A stretch of 64,000 bases of DNA from Fusobacteriota bacterium (lineage in GTDB: Bacteria > Fusobacteriota > Fusobacteriia > Fusobacteriales > JBNJFI01): assembly GCA_051746725.1 (NCBI GenBank), contig JBNJFI010000003.1, forward strand, positions 5,228 through 69,227, written 5' to 3'. This document shows positions 35,618 through 46,197 of the stretch, piece after piece. A program made the position numbers and the translations under genes. Positions within the stretch are counted from its first letter, which is position 1; each line of letters begins with the position of its first letter. The notes under the pieces were generated by a model. The model had not been told where the DNA came from. It saw only the letters and a program-made list of their open reading frames with translations, and made no database searches.

Positions 35618-36943
35618 ATGGAAAAAGTAAAAACTCTGCCATATAATTTAGAAGCTGAAGAATCAATACTAGGAGGAATATTACTAAAACCAGATTCAAT
35701 TGCCAGAGTTTTAGAAATTCTCAAAAAAGATGATTTTTATAAATTAGCACATAAAATCATATATGAAACTATGCTAAAAACATATGAACAAGGAGAAGTA
35801 ATAGACACAGTTTTGCTAATAGATAAAATAAAAAAAGAAAATAATATCGATAAAATTGGTGGCGAAGAACGTATATTTGAATTGTTAAATTCTGTTCCTA
35901 TGGCTGCAAATATTATAAATTATGCAAAAATTGTAAAGGAAAAGTCAATATTACGAAGTGTAATCGAAGTTGGAACTGAAGTAGTAGAAATGGCTTATGA
36001 AGGAACAGAAGGAGTAGATAAGATACTCGACAAAGCAGAAAATATGATATTTGGGGTTTCGGAACAAAAAGAGAAAAAAGAGGTAGTATCATTAAAAGAT
36101 TTAGTAGATGATGAATTTGATAGATTAGAACAGGTATATGAAAATAAAGGAGATGTTACTGGAATTGGGTCAGGATTTACTCAATTTGATGAGATGACTT
36201 CTGGATTTCATCCGTCAGATTTAGTTATATTAGCTGCTAGACCAAGTATGGGGAAAACAGCTTTTGCTCTTAATTTAGCTTTAAATGCTGGATTGAAGCA
36301 AGATAAAAGTGTTTTGATATTTAGTTTAGAAATGTCAAATTCTCAAATATTTCAAAGATTAATATCTTCAGAATCTCAAGTACCTTTGAATAAATTACGT
36401 AATGGTTATTTAGGATCAGAAGAATGGACTAAAGTTGGACTCTCTACTGGTAGATTAGCAGAAGCTTCTATTCATGTAGCTGATATGCCTAATATAACTG
36501 TCATGGAGATTAGAGCTATTAGTAGAAGGCTCAAAGCTGAAAATAAATTAGATTTAATATTAATAGATTATTTGCAATTAATACAGGGAAGTGGTCGTGA
36601 TAGCAGACAACAAGAAATCTCTGAAATATCTAGAAGTTTAAAGGGATTAGCAAGGGAACTTGATGTCCCCGTTCTTTCTTTATCTCAATTATCCAGAGCC
36701 CCTGAACAACGATCAGATAGACGGCCGATTTTATCTGATTTAAGAGATTCAGGTGCAATAGAACAAGATGCAGATGTTGTTGTATTTTTATATAGAGATG
36801 ATTATTATGATGAAGATAGTGAAGAAAAAGGAATAGCAGAGATTATAATAGGAAAACAAAGAAATGGTCCTGTTGGAACAGTTAAATTGCGATTTTTCCA
36901 TGAAATTACTAAGTTTGGAAATCTTACAAGGAGAGAGAGGTAG
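35618..36943 (+). CDS. dnaB: Replicative DNA helicase
   Basis: LPYNLEAEES, LAARPSMGKT, FSLEM, DYLQL, SQLSRAPE, SGAIEQDAD, KQRNGPVG; no intein. Confidence 0.98.
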   Translation: MEKVKTLPYNLEAEESILGGILLKPDSIARVLEILKKDDFYKLAHKIIYETMLKTYEQGEVIDTVLLIDKIKKENNIDKIGGEERIFELLNSVPMAANIINYAKIVKEKSILRSVIEVGTEVVEMAYEGTEGVDKILDKAENMIFGVSEQKEKKEVVSLKDLVDDEFDRLEQVYENKGDVTGIGSGFTQFDEMTSGFHPSDLVILAARPSMGKTAFALNLALNAGLKQDKSVLIFSLEMSNSQIFQRLISSESQVPLNKLRNGYLGSEEWTKVGLSTGRLAEASIHVADMPNITVMEIRAISRRLKAENKLDLILIDYLQLIQGSGRDSRQQEISEISRSLKGLARELDVPVLSLSQLSRAPEQRSDRRPILSDLRDSGAIEQDADVVVFLYRDDYYDEDSEEKGIAEIIIGKQRNGPVGTVKLRFFHEITKFGNLTRRER

Positions 36944-36948
36944 GATAA

Positions 36949-38952
36949 ATGTCTCGAGAATTGGTATTGGGGAATAATAATTTCTTATTAACATATGACT
37001 TAAATTTAAATATTAGAGATATTTATTTTCCACATGTCGGAGATGAAAATCATTTAGAATCAGATAAAAACAGATTGGGATTTTGGGTTGATAATAAGTT
37101 TTCGTGGGTGGACGAAGAATGGGAAAAAAAAATAAAATATAAAAAAAATTCATTAATCTCTGATGTTTATGCTAAATCTGAGTATCTAAAACTACAAATA
37201 AAAGAACAAGCAGCAATCGTTCATAATAAAGATATATATATAAGAAAAATAAAGGTCAAGAATTTAAATGAAGACAAAAAAACAGTACGTTTGTTTTTTC
37301 ATAATAATCTAAAATTATATGGCAAAAAAGTAAGAAATACAGCTTTATATGATCCAGAAAATGATGTGATAATTCATTATAAAAAAAATCGATATTTTCT
37401 TTTCAATGGTTCCGTTGATCAGAAAGGGATTTACGAATATAATGTTGATAAAACTAGGGTTGGAAAAGAACCTAATTATAAAGATGCAGAAGATGGAAGG
37501 TTAGAAAAAAACACAATTGCTCAAGGACGAGTTAACAGCATGATTAGTTTAAATGCTGAAATAGATTCTCAAGAAGAAAAAACTTTTTATTATTGGATAG
37601 CTGCTGGGAAAAACTTTGATGATATAAAAAGATTAAATAATTATGTCAAAAAAATTGGGATAGACAATATATTAGAAACAACGGATATATTGTGGGATAG
37701 TTGGTTAAACAAAAGGAACCTCAATTTTGGAGATATAAAAGAAGATTTAAAAACCCAATATAAAAATAATTTAAAGGTAATAAAAAGTCATATAAATAAT
37801 AATGGTTCAATAATAACTTCAGTTGATTCTGAGCATGTTCAGTTTAATAGAGATAATTATAATTATATTTGGCCTAGAGATGGAAGTATCACTGCAATGG
37901 CTCTAGATGAAGCTGGTTATACCGAGGTTTCCAGGAACTTTTTTAGATTTTTAAATGAAATTATTGAAAGAAGAGGATTTTTTTGGCCAAAATATTATCC
38001 CGATGGAGCTTTGGCTTCTACTTGGCATTCATGGCATAATAAAAACCACGAAGAACAATTGCCAATTCAGGAAGATCAAACAGCAATTGTCTTGATTGCT
38101 CTATATAATCACTATGATATTTCTAAAGATTTTCAATTTCTAGAAGAGATATATGAAAATTTAATTAAAAGAGCAGTGAGTTTTTTGCTGGGATATATGA
38201 ATCCTAAAACAGAGTTACCATATAGTTCCTATGACATTTGGGAAGATAAAGAAGGAGTACATTTTTTTACTGTAGTCGCTGTATATGAATCATTATTTTT
38301 ATCAAAAAAATTATTAGAATTATTTGGAAATGATTTTCTTTTAAAAAAAATAGATGAAAAATTAAATACTTTAGAAGAATCAATAGATAAATACTTTTGG
38401 AATGATAAACAAAAAAGATATATTCCAAGTATAATTATTGATAAAAATGGAGATCTCAAAAAAGATGATACAGAAGAAATCGACAAAGAGGAACATGAAA
38501 AATATGATAGCAGCATACTTTTATTGACCTTTTTTGATAATTTCTATCAAAAAAACAAAGAAAAAGTAGTAACTACTATAGATAAAACGATATCAAATTT
38601 ATGGATTGAAACTGACATAGGTGGATGTGCTAGATTTACAGATGATAGATACCATCAACTCACTAGAGATATAAAAAAAATCCCTGGTAATCCGTGGATA
38701 TTTACAACTTTACTTGTGGGGAATTATTATATCAAAGAAGGAAATCTAGAAGGCGGAAAAAAGATATTAGAGTGGGCACAGGAAAAAAGTCTCGATTCTG
38801 GATTACTTCCAGAACAGATTCATCCATATGCAGGAAATCCCATATCTATATCCCCTCATATATTATCACATTCAATGTATAATTTGGTTTTGAATAGATT
38901 TTTAGATAAAAAAGATATAAAATTAATTAAGAATAAAGGTGGAAAAAAATGA
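36949..38952 (+). CDS. Glycoside hydrolase family 15 (glucoamylase-like)
   Basis: YIWPRDG, QEDQT, DIWED, GNPW, GLLPEQ. Confidence 0.85.
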   Translation: MSRELVLGNNNFLLTYDLNLNIRDIYFPHVGDENHLESDKNRLGFWVDNKFSWVDEEWEKKIKYKKNSLISDVYAKSEYLKLQIKEQAAIVHNKDIYIRKIKVKNLNEDKKTVRLFFHNNLKLYGKKVRNTALYDPENDVIIHYKKNRYFLFNGSVDQKGIYEYNVDKTRVGKEPNYKDAEDGRLEKNTIAQGRVNSMISLNAEIDSQEEKTFYYWIAAGKNFDDIKRLNNYVKKIGIDNILETTDILWDSWLNKRNLNFGDIKEDLKTQYKNNLKVIKSHINNNGSIITSVDSEHVQFNRDNYNYIWPRDGSITAMALDEAGYTEVSRNFFRFLNEIIERRGFFWPKYYPDGALASTWHSWHNKNHEEQLPIQEDQTAIVLIALYNHYDISKDFQFLEEIYENLIKRAVSFLLGYMNPKTELPYSSYDIWEDKEGVHFFTVVAVYESLFLSKKLLELFGNDFLLKKIDEKLNTLEESIDKYFWNDKQKRYIPSIIIDKNGDLKKDDTEEIDKEEHEKYDSSILLLTFFDNFYQKNKEKVVTTIDKTISNLWIETDIGGCARFTDDRYHQLTRDIKKIPGNPWIFTTLLVGNYYIKEGNLEGGKKILEWAQEKSLDSGLLPEQIHPYAGNPISISPHILSHSMYNLVLNRFLDKKDIKLIKNKGGKK

Positions 38953-40754
38953 AACAAAATGAAATTTCATTAAAAGAATATATAAAAAAAAATGGGAAAC
39001 TTATAACTGATGGAGCTATGGGAACTTATTATTCTATAAAAAGTAATAATAAAAGTACTATTTCAGAATTAGCAAATATTGAAGATCCCAGACTTATAAA
39101 AGAAATCCATAAAGAGTACATTGATGCAGGTGCAAAGTTAATTAGAACTAATACTTTTTTAGCAAATTGTATTGCACTTGACATTTCAGAAGAAAAACGT
39201 ACAAAATTATTAAAAGAAGCATATAAAATAGCTAAAGATGCCACAGGAGATAAAGATATATTTATAGCTGCAAGTATTGGTCCAATAAATACAACAGCAG
39301 ATTATACAAAAAAAGATATTGAAAAAGAATATAAAGCAATAATTAATACTTTTTTGGATTTAGGAGTTAATATTTTTCTTTTCGAAACTTTTAGTAGTTT
39401 AGATGATATTAAAACAATTTTAAAATATCTGAAAACCAAAAAAGAAAATTCTCAAGTAATTGTTCAATTTGCCCTTATGACTACTGGTCAGACTAGAAGG
39501 GGAATATCTGGAGAAAAATTAGTCAAAAAAGCTAAAAAAATGAAGGAAATCGACATATATGGATTTAATTGTGGAACAGGACCAGTTCATATGTATAATA
39601 ATATTAAAAATATTGATTTTGAAGATGATATAGTGTCAGCCTTACCCAATGCTGGATTTCCAGAAATAATAGATAGAAAAACAGTATATAGTGAAAATGC
39701 AGATTATTTTGGAGATCGGATGGAGATTTTATTTAGAAATGGAGTTAAAATTCTAGGAGGTTGTTGTGGAACAACGCCTGAACACATAAGAGTTTTAAAT
39801 ACAAAACTAAAGGATTTGTCTATATCAAAAGATAAAAAAAATAAACCATTTAAAGTTAAAACCTCTGGAATTGAAATTATGTCAAAAAAGGGAGAATTTA
39901 GAAAAAAATTAGATGATGATAAATTTATTATTGCTGCAGAACTTGATCCTCCTTTTAGCACAGATATTAATAAGCTTATGAAGGCTGCAAAGATATTAAA
40001 AAGAAGCAATGTCGATTTAATTACAGTTGCTGATTCTCCAATAGGAAAACCAAGAGTTAATTCAGTTACAATTTCTGCAAAGATAAAAAGAGAGATAGGG
40101 ATTGATGTTGTTCCACATATTTGTTGCAGAGATCGAAACATAATAGCTTTAAAATCAGATTTATTAGGGGGACATGTTGAAAATATTAGAAATTTACTTT
40201 TAGTAACTGGAGACCCCATATCTAGTTCTGATCGAAGTGAAATAAAAAGTGTTTTTAATTTTAATTCTGTGGGATTGATGAAATTGGTATCATCTATGAA
40301 TAAAGAAACTTTCAAAGATAATCCATATAATTTCGGAGGAGCTTTAGATTTAAATGCTAGAAATATAAAACACGAATTAGAAAAAATGTATAAAAAAATT
40401 GAAGCTGGAGCAGAATTTTTTCTGACTCAGCCAATTTATGAGGAAAAACCGATAAAGCAACTAAAAAAACTAAAAAAGAAAAAGGGTTTTAAAATTTTTG
40501 CAGGTGTCATGCCACTGGTAAGTTACAGAAATGTTCAATTTTTGAATAACGAGTTACCTGGTATAAATATTCCTTCTAAGTATTCTGAAAGATTCAAAAA
40601 AGATATGTCTAGAGAAGCAGCAGAAAGAGTGGGAATAGATATTGCAGTAGATTTGGCAAATCAAATAAAACCTTATGCAGATGGTTTTTATTTTATAACC
40701 CCTTTTAATAGAGCAACGATGATAGAAAAAATTTTATTAAAATTAAATTTATAA
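38949..40754 (+). CDS. Bifunctional homocysteine S-methyltransferase / methylenetetrahydrofolate reductase (YitJ-like)
   Basis: DGAMGT, AGAKLIRTNTF, GFNCGTGP, GGCCGTTPEHI; then ELDPP, ITVADSP, VTGDP, GAEFFLTQP. Confidence 0.93.
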   Translation: MKQNEISLKEYIKKNGKLITDGAMGTYYSIKSNNKSTISELANIEDPRLIKEIHKEYIDAGAKLIRTNTFLANCIALDISEEKRTKLLKEAYKIAKDATGDKDIFIAASIGPINTTADYTKKDIEKEYKAIINTFLDLGVNIFLFETFSSLDDIKTILKYLKTKKENSQVIVQFALMTTGQTRRGISGEKLVKKAKKMKEIDIYGFNCGTGPVHMYNNIKNIDFEDDIVSALPNAGFPEIIDRKTVYSENADYFGDRMEILFRNGVKILGGCCGTTPEHIRVLNTKLKDLSISKDKKNKPFKVKTSGIEIMSKKGEFRKKLDDDKFIIAAELDPPFSTDINKLMKAAKILKRSNVDLITVADSPIGKPRVNSVTISAKIKREIGIDVVPHICCRDRNIIALKSDLLGGHVENIRNLLLVTGDPISSSDRSEIKSVFNFNSVGLMKLVSSMNKETFKDNPYNFGGALDLNARNIKHELEKMYKKIEAGAEFFLTQPIYEEKPIKQLKKLKKKKGFKIFAGVMPLVSYRNVQFLNNELPGINIPSKYSERFKKDMSREAAERVGIDIAVDLANQIKPYADGFYFITPFNRATMIEKILLKLNL

Positions 40755-40773
40755 GGAATAAAGAGGAGAATTT

Positions 40774-42003
40774 ATGAAAAAAACAGAGCTTTTGTCGCCA
40801 GCTGGAAATATGGAAAAATTAAAAATGGTCTTGCATTACGGAGCTGATGGTGTTTATTTAGGTGGAGAACAATTTAATTTAAGATCATTAGCAGATAATT
40901 TTAATAAAAAGAAATTAAAAGAGGCAGTTGACTATGTTCATAATCTAAATAAAAAAATATATATAACTCTTAATATTATCCCACACAACCGAGAATTAAA
41001 GGGTATGGTAAAATATGTAAAGTATCTAGAAGAAATCGAAGTTGATGGAGTTATTGTAGCAGATTTAGGAGTATTTGAAATAGTATCTTCAAATACTAAT
41101 TTAAATATAAACATAAGTACTCAGGCTAATAATACTAATTGGCAAAGTGTAAAAATGTGGAAAAAATTAGGAGCTAAAAGAGTTATTTTAGCAAGAGAGC
41201 TTTCGCTAGAAGAAATTAAAGAGATAAGAGAAAAAGTTCCAGATATAGAACTTGAGGTATTTATTCATGGTGCTATGTGTATGGCAATATCTGGAAGATG
41301 TCTATTAAGTAATTATATGACAAACAGAGATGCCAATAGAGGAACTTGTGCCCAATCCTGTAGATGGAAGTATCATTTAATGGAAGAAAAAAGGCCAGGA
41401 GAATATTTTCCAGTTTTTGAAGATGAAAGAGGAACTCACATATTTAATTCAAAAGATTTATGTTCTATAAAATTTATAGATGAAATATTAGATATTGGAT
41501 TAGATAGTTTAAAAATTGAAGGAAGAATGAAGGGGATCTATTATGCTGCCATAGTTACAAAAATTTATAGAAATGCCATAGATAAATATTATTCAAAAGA
41601 AGGATATAGATATAATGAGGACTGGTTAACAGAATTAGAAACTACTAGTCATCGAAAATTTACTTCGGGATTTTACTATGGTCGTGGTTCAGAAAATATG
41701 CAAAATTATGATAGGCGGAATTCATATAGTAGAACTCATAAACTAATTGCAAAAGTTTTGAAAAAAACTGATGATAATACTTATGAATTTGGTATTAGAA
41801 ATAGAATTAGAAAAGGGACTCCAATTGAAATTGTAAGTACCGATAATAAAATAATAAAAATTGTTATGCCCACAATGATTGATATTTCTACTGATGAAGA
41901 GATATTAACTGCTCATCCAAATACAACTATTAGAGTTAAGATAAAAAAAGAAAATTTACAGGAAATGGATATAATCCGAGTTAGACTGGACGACGAAAAA
42001 TAA
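40774..42003 (+). CDS. U32 family protein (TrhP/YegQ-like, tRNA hydroxylation-type)
   Basis: ELLSPAGN, LARELSL, HGAMCMAISGRC, CAQSCR, SLKIEGRMK. Confidence 0.92.
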   Translation: MKKTELLSPAGNMEKLKMVLHYGADGVYLGGEQFNLRSLADNFNKKKLKEAVDYVHNLNKKIYITLNIIPHNRELKGMVKYVKYLEEIEVDGVIVADLGVFEIVSSNTNLNINISTQANNTNWQSVKMWKKLGAKRVILARELSLEEIKEIREKVPDIELEVFIHGAMCMAISGRCLLSNYMTNRDANRGTCAQSCRWKYHLMEEKRPGEYFPVFEDERGTHIFNSKDLCSIKFIDEILDIGLDSLKIEGRMKGIYYAAIVTKIYRNAIDKYYSKEGYRYNEDWLTELETTSHRKFTSGFYYGRGSENMQNYDRRNSYSRTHKLIAKVLKKTDDNTYEFGIRNRIRKGTPIEIVSTDNKIIKIVMPTMIDISTDEEILTAHPNTTIRVKIKKENLQEMDIIRVRLDDEK

Positions 42004-42012
42004 GAAACTAAA

Positions 42013-43143
42013 GTGAAGGAGGAAGAAATGATTAATCAAAAAAGAATAATAAAAAATTTCATTGAAATGGCTGAGATATCTTCTCCCTCTTTAAATGAAA
42101 AAGAGATGGCCGAATATTTATTACAAAAATTGAAGAGTTTAGACTTAGAAATATTAGAAGATGGATCTAATAAAATACCAAATGGAAACTGCGGAAATAT
42201 AATCGCCAGGTTACCAGGATCTGGAGATTCCATAATGTTTAGTGCTCATCTGGATACAGTAACTCCCTGTGAAAACATTAAAGCAATAGAAAATAAAAAT
42301 ATAATCCAATCTAAAGGAGATACAATATTAGGGGGAGATGATAAAGCAGGAATTGCTGCTATTATCGAAATGATAGAAGTAATAAGGGAAAACGATATAC
42401 CTCACCCCGATATATTTTTAGTATTTAGTGTTGCAGAAGAAATTGGATTAAAAGGTGCTAGGGAAATAGAACTAGAAAAATATAGTGATATTAAATATGG
42501 CTTTGTGCTAGATGCATCAGGTTCTCCTGGAACAGTCGCAATTCAAGCTCCTTACCAAGATGAAATAAAATTAAGATTTATAGGGAAAGCAGCTCATGCA
42601 GGAATAGAACCTGAAAAAGGTATAAATGCTTTATATATGGCTTCTAAAGCGATATCAAAATTAGAAATGGGACAAATAGATGAATTATCTACTCTGAATC
42701 TCGGAATAGTAAAAGGTGGTTCAGCCACAAATATCGTAATGGAAGAACTTTTTATAAAAGGTGAAAGTCGTAGTTTTTCTGAAAAAAGGTTAGGTGAAAA
42801 TGTTGAAAAAGTTATTGAAATTTCTAGAAATACTGCTGAAAAATTTGGCGGGAATTTAGATTATGAGATAACCAGGCAATATAATGGGTTCAAATTAAAA
42901 GAAGATAGCAAAATATTAAAGTTAATAAAAAAATCATCTCAAAATATAAATTTAGATTTTATAACTGAAAAGTCTGGTGGTGGAAGCGATACTAATATAT
43001 ATAATGAGTTAGGGATTCCAACGGCAAATCTAGGAATTGGAATGAAAAAGGTTCATTCAACTGAAGAGAATATATTAAAAAAAGATTTAATTGATTCATC
43101 AAGATTAATATTAGAAATAACAAAAGAGTATTATAAGCAATGA
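42013..43143 (+). CDS. M20/M25/M40 family metallopeptidase (peptidase T-like)
   Basis: AHLDTV, GGDDKAG, VAEEIG, LD, AHAG, GGSD, VHSTEE: complete metal-ligand set. Confidence 0.92.
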   Translation: MKEEEMINQKRIIKNFIEMAEISSPSLNEKEMAEYLLQKLKSLDLEILEDGSNKIPNGNCGNIIARLPGSGDSIMFSAHLDTVTPCENIKAIENKNIIQSKGDTILGGDDKAGIAAIIEMIEVIRENDIPHPDIFLVFSVAEEIGLKGAREIELEKYSDIKYGFVLDASGSPGTVAIQAPYQDEIKLRFIGKAAHAGIEPEKGINALYMASKAISKLEMGQIDELSTLNLGIVKGGSATNIVMEELFIKGESRSFSEKRLGENVEKVIEISRNTAEKFGGNLDYEITRQYNGFKLKEDSKILKLIKKSSQNINLDFITEKSGGGSDTNIYNELGIPTANLGIGMKKVHSTEENILKKDLIDSSRLILEITKEYYKQ

Positions 43144-43955
43144 AGTTAAATAAAAAAAAATCAGAGAGAAGAATTTATTATATAATATTTGTTGTAATAA
43201 TCATTTTATTTTTTGCAAAAAATAATTTAGATAATATTGAAAATTTTATAAATAAATTATTCTATCCGATTAAAACTAAAATATATAAATTAAATAAAGA
43301 AACGCGAAATGAATTAAATGATCTCATATACATAAAAAAAGTTATACTTGAAAATAAAAAACTGAGATATGAAAATTATATTTTGAAACTTGAAAAACTA
43401 AAATTAGAAAAGTTAAAAGAAGAAAATGAAAGATTAAAAGAGATATTAAATTTGAAAAAAGAAAGTGATATGAATTTTATTGTAGCAAATGTTGTATATA
43501 GAGAATCTATGGATATATACAGGGAATTAATCATTGATAAAGGTAAAAAAGATTCTATTAAAATTAATATGCCGGTATTACATAAGGATGCAATCATTGG
43601 AAGAGTAACAGATGTATATGAAGAGTCCTCAAAAGTATCTTTAATTACAAAACATAATTTTAAAATAAGTGTTTTAACTGAAAATGAAAAAAATCTAGGT
43701 ATATTAAAAGGAAACAATGGAAAAAAGTTGAGTTTACAAAATATTATCATAGATTCTAAAATCAAAAAAGGTGATAAATTAATATCTTCTGGAATGAGTA
43801 ATATATATCCTAAAGGCATTTCAGTTGGGATAGTTGATAATGTGGAAGATGATGAAAACAATATTTTCAAAGAGATAGAAGTTAGATTACCTTATAATAT
43901 ATTAGATCTAAATGAAGTAATGATACTTACGAAGGGAGAAAATGAGAATGATTAA
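43140..43955 (+). CDS. mreC: Rod shape-determining protein MreC
   Basis: TM anchor, coiled coil ENERLKEIL, IIDKG.KD.IK.NMPV, SSGMS.IYPKGISVG. Confidence 0.9.
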   Translation: MKLNKKKSERRIYYIIFVVIIILFFAKNNLDNIENFINKLFYPIKTKIYKLNKETRNELNDLIYIKKVILENKKLRYENYILKLEKLKLEKLKEENERLKEILNLKKESDMNFIVANVVYRESMDIYRELIIDKGKKDSIKINMPVLHKDAIIGRVTDVYEESSKVSLITKHNFKISVLTENEKNLGILKGNNGKKLSLQNIIIDSKIKKGDKLISSGMSNIYPKGISVGIVDNVEDDENNIFKEIEVRLPYNILDLNEVMILTKGENEND

Positions 43956-44487
43956 AAAACATATAATAATATTTTTTCTAGTCATAAGTTCTTTTTTACT
44001 AGGGAATCAGTTTAAAGAAGTAGAATCATTTAATGCAAAAACAACTGAAACTACTTTAAAAAACAATAAAACCACAGTTACTAAATATAAATTAAAACTA
44101 AAATTCCCTGATATGGTTTATAAGGAAATAACTTATCCAGAAATGAACAGGGGAGAAGTGTACCTGTATGTAGAAAATGAGAAAAAAATTTATTATCCAC
44201 TTTTAGAACAAATAATTACTCAGGAAATAGATGAAAATGAAAATCAAATTCTCGGAGTTTTAAGAGATCTCAAGGAATCTGAAAAAACAGAAGAGATTAA
44301 ATTTTTAGAATATGAAAACGGAACTAAAATTTTATTTAATAATTATAAAAAAATAAATGGAATTAATTTTCCTACTACAGTAAAGATATATGAAGAGAAT
44401 AATTTGATTTCAAAACTAGAGTTTTCTGATATCAAAATCAATAGTAAATTAAATAAAAAAGATTTCCAAATTGATATAAAGGAATAA
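43942..44487 (+). CDS. Exported LolA-like protein
   Basis: Signal peptide; P...Y.E..YP...GE..LY....K.IYYP.L.Q pattern; C-terminal FSDIKIN..L....F. Confidence 0.5.
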   Translation: MRMIKKHIIIFFLVISSFLLGNQFKEVESFNAKTTETTLKNNKTTVTKYKLKLKFPDMVYKEITYPEMNRGEVYLYVENEKKIYYPLLEQIITQEIDENENQILGVLRDLKESEKTEEIKFLEYENGTKILFNNYKKINGINFPTTVKIYEENNLISKLEFSDIKINSKLNKKDFQIDIKE

Positions 44488-44488
44488 T

Positions 44489-45205
44489 ATGAAAATAAGT
44501 AAAATTAAAGGATTGGTTATCAAAAAAGTTGATTATAAAGATGCAGATAGATTATTAATTGTATTTTCACCAACTTTTGGAAAACAAACTTTGTCGATAA
44601 AAGGAATTCGTAAATCTAAGAAAAGAGAAAAAATAGCAGCAGATATATTGACTATATCAGAATTTGTTATTTATGAAAATAAATGGAAAACAATTTCAGA
44701 TATACAGTTGATAAATTCATTTGATAATATTAGAGGTTCTTTAAATAAAATATTATATGGGTCATATATCTTGAAGTTAATTGATTTAGTTTTGATGGAA
44801 GAAGAAGAAAGAGAAGATTTATATAAATTAACAATCAGAGTTTTAAAATATATAAATAAAATCGATACCGAAGTTAAAATATTATATACGATTTTTAATT
44901 TTTTATTAGAAATAATTAAACAAGAAGGATTGGAAATAAAAAAAACTACGAAAACATCTGAAAAAAACTTTTATTTTGGCTTAGAGTATGGTAAAATAGA
45001 GTATAGGGAAATAAAAAAAGCAATAAAAATGAATAAAGGAGTTTTTAATATTTTTGACACTGTTTTAAGAAAAAAAACTCAAAAATTATTTAAAGAAAAA
45101 ATAGACAAACAAGACATTTTTAGATCAATAGAAATTTTAGAAAATTATTTGCAATATCAATTAGATATTAAAATAAAATTAAAAGACTTATTAGGGAGGA
45201 TTTAG
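44489..45205 (+). CDS. recO: DNA repair protein RecO
   Basis: GLVIKKVDYKDADRLL.VFS..FGK...KGIRKSK. Confidence 0.85.
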   Translation: MKISKIKGLVIKKVDYKDADRLLIVFSPTFGKQTLSIKGIRKSKKREKIAADILTISEFVIYENKWKTISDIQLINSFDNIRGSLNKILYGSYILKLIDLVLMEEEEREDLYKLTIRVLKYINKIDTEVKILYTIFNFLLEIIKQEGLEIKKTTKTSEKNFYFGLEYGKIEYREIKKAIKMNKGVFNIFDTVLRKKTQKLFKEKIDKQDIFRSIEILENYLQYQLDIKIKLKDLLGRI

Positions 45206-45208
45206 GAA

Positions 45209-45673
45209 ATGGACGTTCTTAAAATTACAGACTTTATATCAGAAGAATTAATATCATTAGATTTAAAAGCTAAAAACAAAGAAGAGGTATTAAGTGAATT
45301 AGTCGACTTAATGGATAAGTCAGAAAACATAACAGATAAAAAAGAGTGTTATAATGCCTTAGTTGAAAGAGAAAAATTAGGTAGTACAGGAATTGGAAAA
45401 CAAGTTGCAATTCCACATGCTAAAACAACTCACGCCAAAAAGTTAACAATTGGCTTTGGGATATCAAAAAAGGGAATTGAATTTGATTCTTTAGATGAAT
45501 TAGATACGAAAATATTTTTTGTTTTTGCATCTCCAGAAAAAGATAGTCATAAATACTTAAAAATATTAGCAAGAATTTCTAGATTAATAAGAAATAAATC
45601 TTTTAGAAAAAATTTATTAGAGGCAGAAACTGAAAAAGAAATTTTAGATTTGATAAGTGAAAAAGAAATATAA
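45209..45673 (+). CDS. PTS EIIA component (Fru/Ntr family)
   Basis: EREKLGSTGIGKQVAIPHAK with the phospho-His. Confidence 0.93.
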   Translation: MDVLKITDFISEELISLDLKAKNKEEVLSELVDLMDKSENITDKKECYNALVEREKLGSTGIGKQVAIPHAKTTHAKKLTIGFGISKKGIEFDSLDELDTKIFFVFASPEKDSHKYLKILARISRLIRNKSFRKNLLEAETEKEILDLISEKEI

Positions 45674-45715
45674 TTAATTATAAAATATATATTGTATTGG
45701 TAGGTAGGTGATATA

Positions 45716-46183
45716 ATGAGATGCCCATTTTGTGACGGAGATAATATAAAAGTAATTGACAGCAGAAATTTGTCAAATGGACGTGCAATTCGCCGAAGAC
45801 GAGAATGTAGTGATTGCCAAAAAAGATTTACTACATATGAAAGAATGGAAAAAACTCCTATAATGGTTATCAAAAAAGATAATAGACGAGAAAGATTAGA
45901 TTCTGAAAAGATTTTAAATGGATTATTAAGAGCAACAGAGAAAAGAAATTTTAGTAGAGAAGAACTAGAAAGTATTGTATTAGATATCGAAAAAGATATT
46001 TCCGATAGAAGTCTAAAAGGAGAAATAAAAACAGATGAAGTTGGAAATATAATTTTGGAAAGATTAAAGGAGTTAGATGAAGTAGCCTATATCAGGTTTG
46101 CTTCTGTTTATAAAGACTTTCAAGATGTAGAAGGATTCTTGAAAGAGATTGAAGATATCAGAGAAAAAATAAGTTCAAACTGA
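45716..46183 (+). CDS. nrdR: Transcriptional repressor NrdR
   Basis: MRCPFC, RRRRECSDC, RFTTYE, ATP-cone, DEVAYIRFASVY. Confidence 0.97.
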   Translation: MRCPFCDGDNIKVIDSRNLSNGRAIRRRRECSDCQKRFTTYERMEKTPIMVIKKDNRRERLDSEKILNGLLRATEKRNFSREELESIVLDIEKDISDRSLKGEIKTDEVGNIILERLKELDEVAYIRFASVYKDFQDVEGFLKEIEDIREKISSN

Positions 46184-46197
46184 TATTTGTGTAGGGG

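Noticed and set aside
39704-40315. 203-aa minus-strand ORF
   Set aside because: Shadow of the YitJ-like gene; same antisense-frame composition, no independent signals
43376-43870. 164-aa minus-strand ORF
   Set aside because: Shadow of mreC
44193-44201. DnaA-box-like TTATCCACT
   Set aside because: Single imperfect copy inside a coding region; no cluster or AT-rich unwinding element, so not oriC
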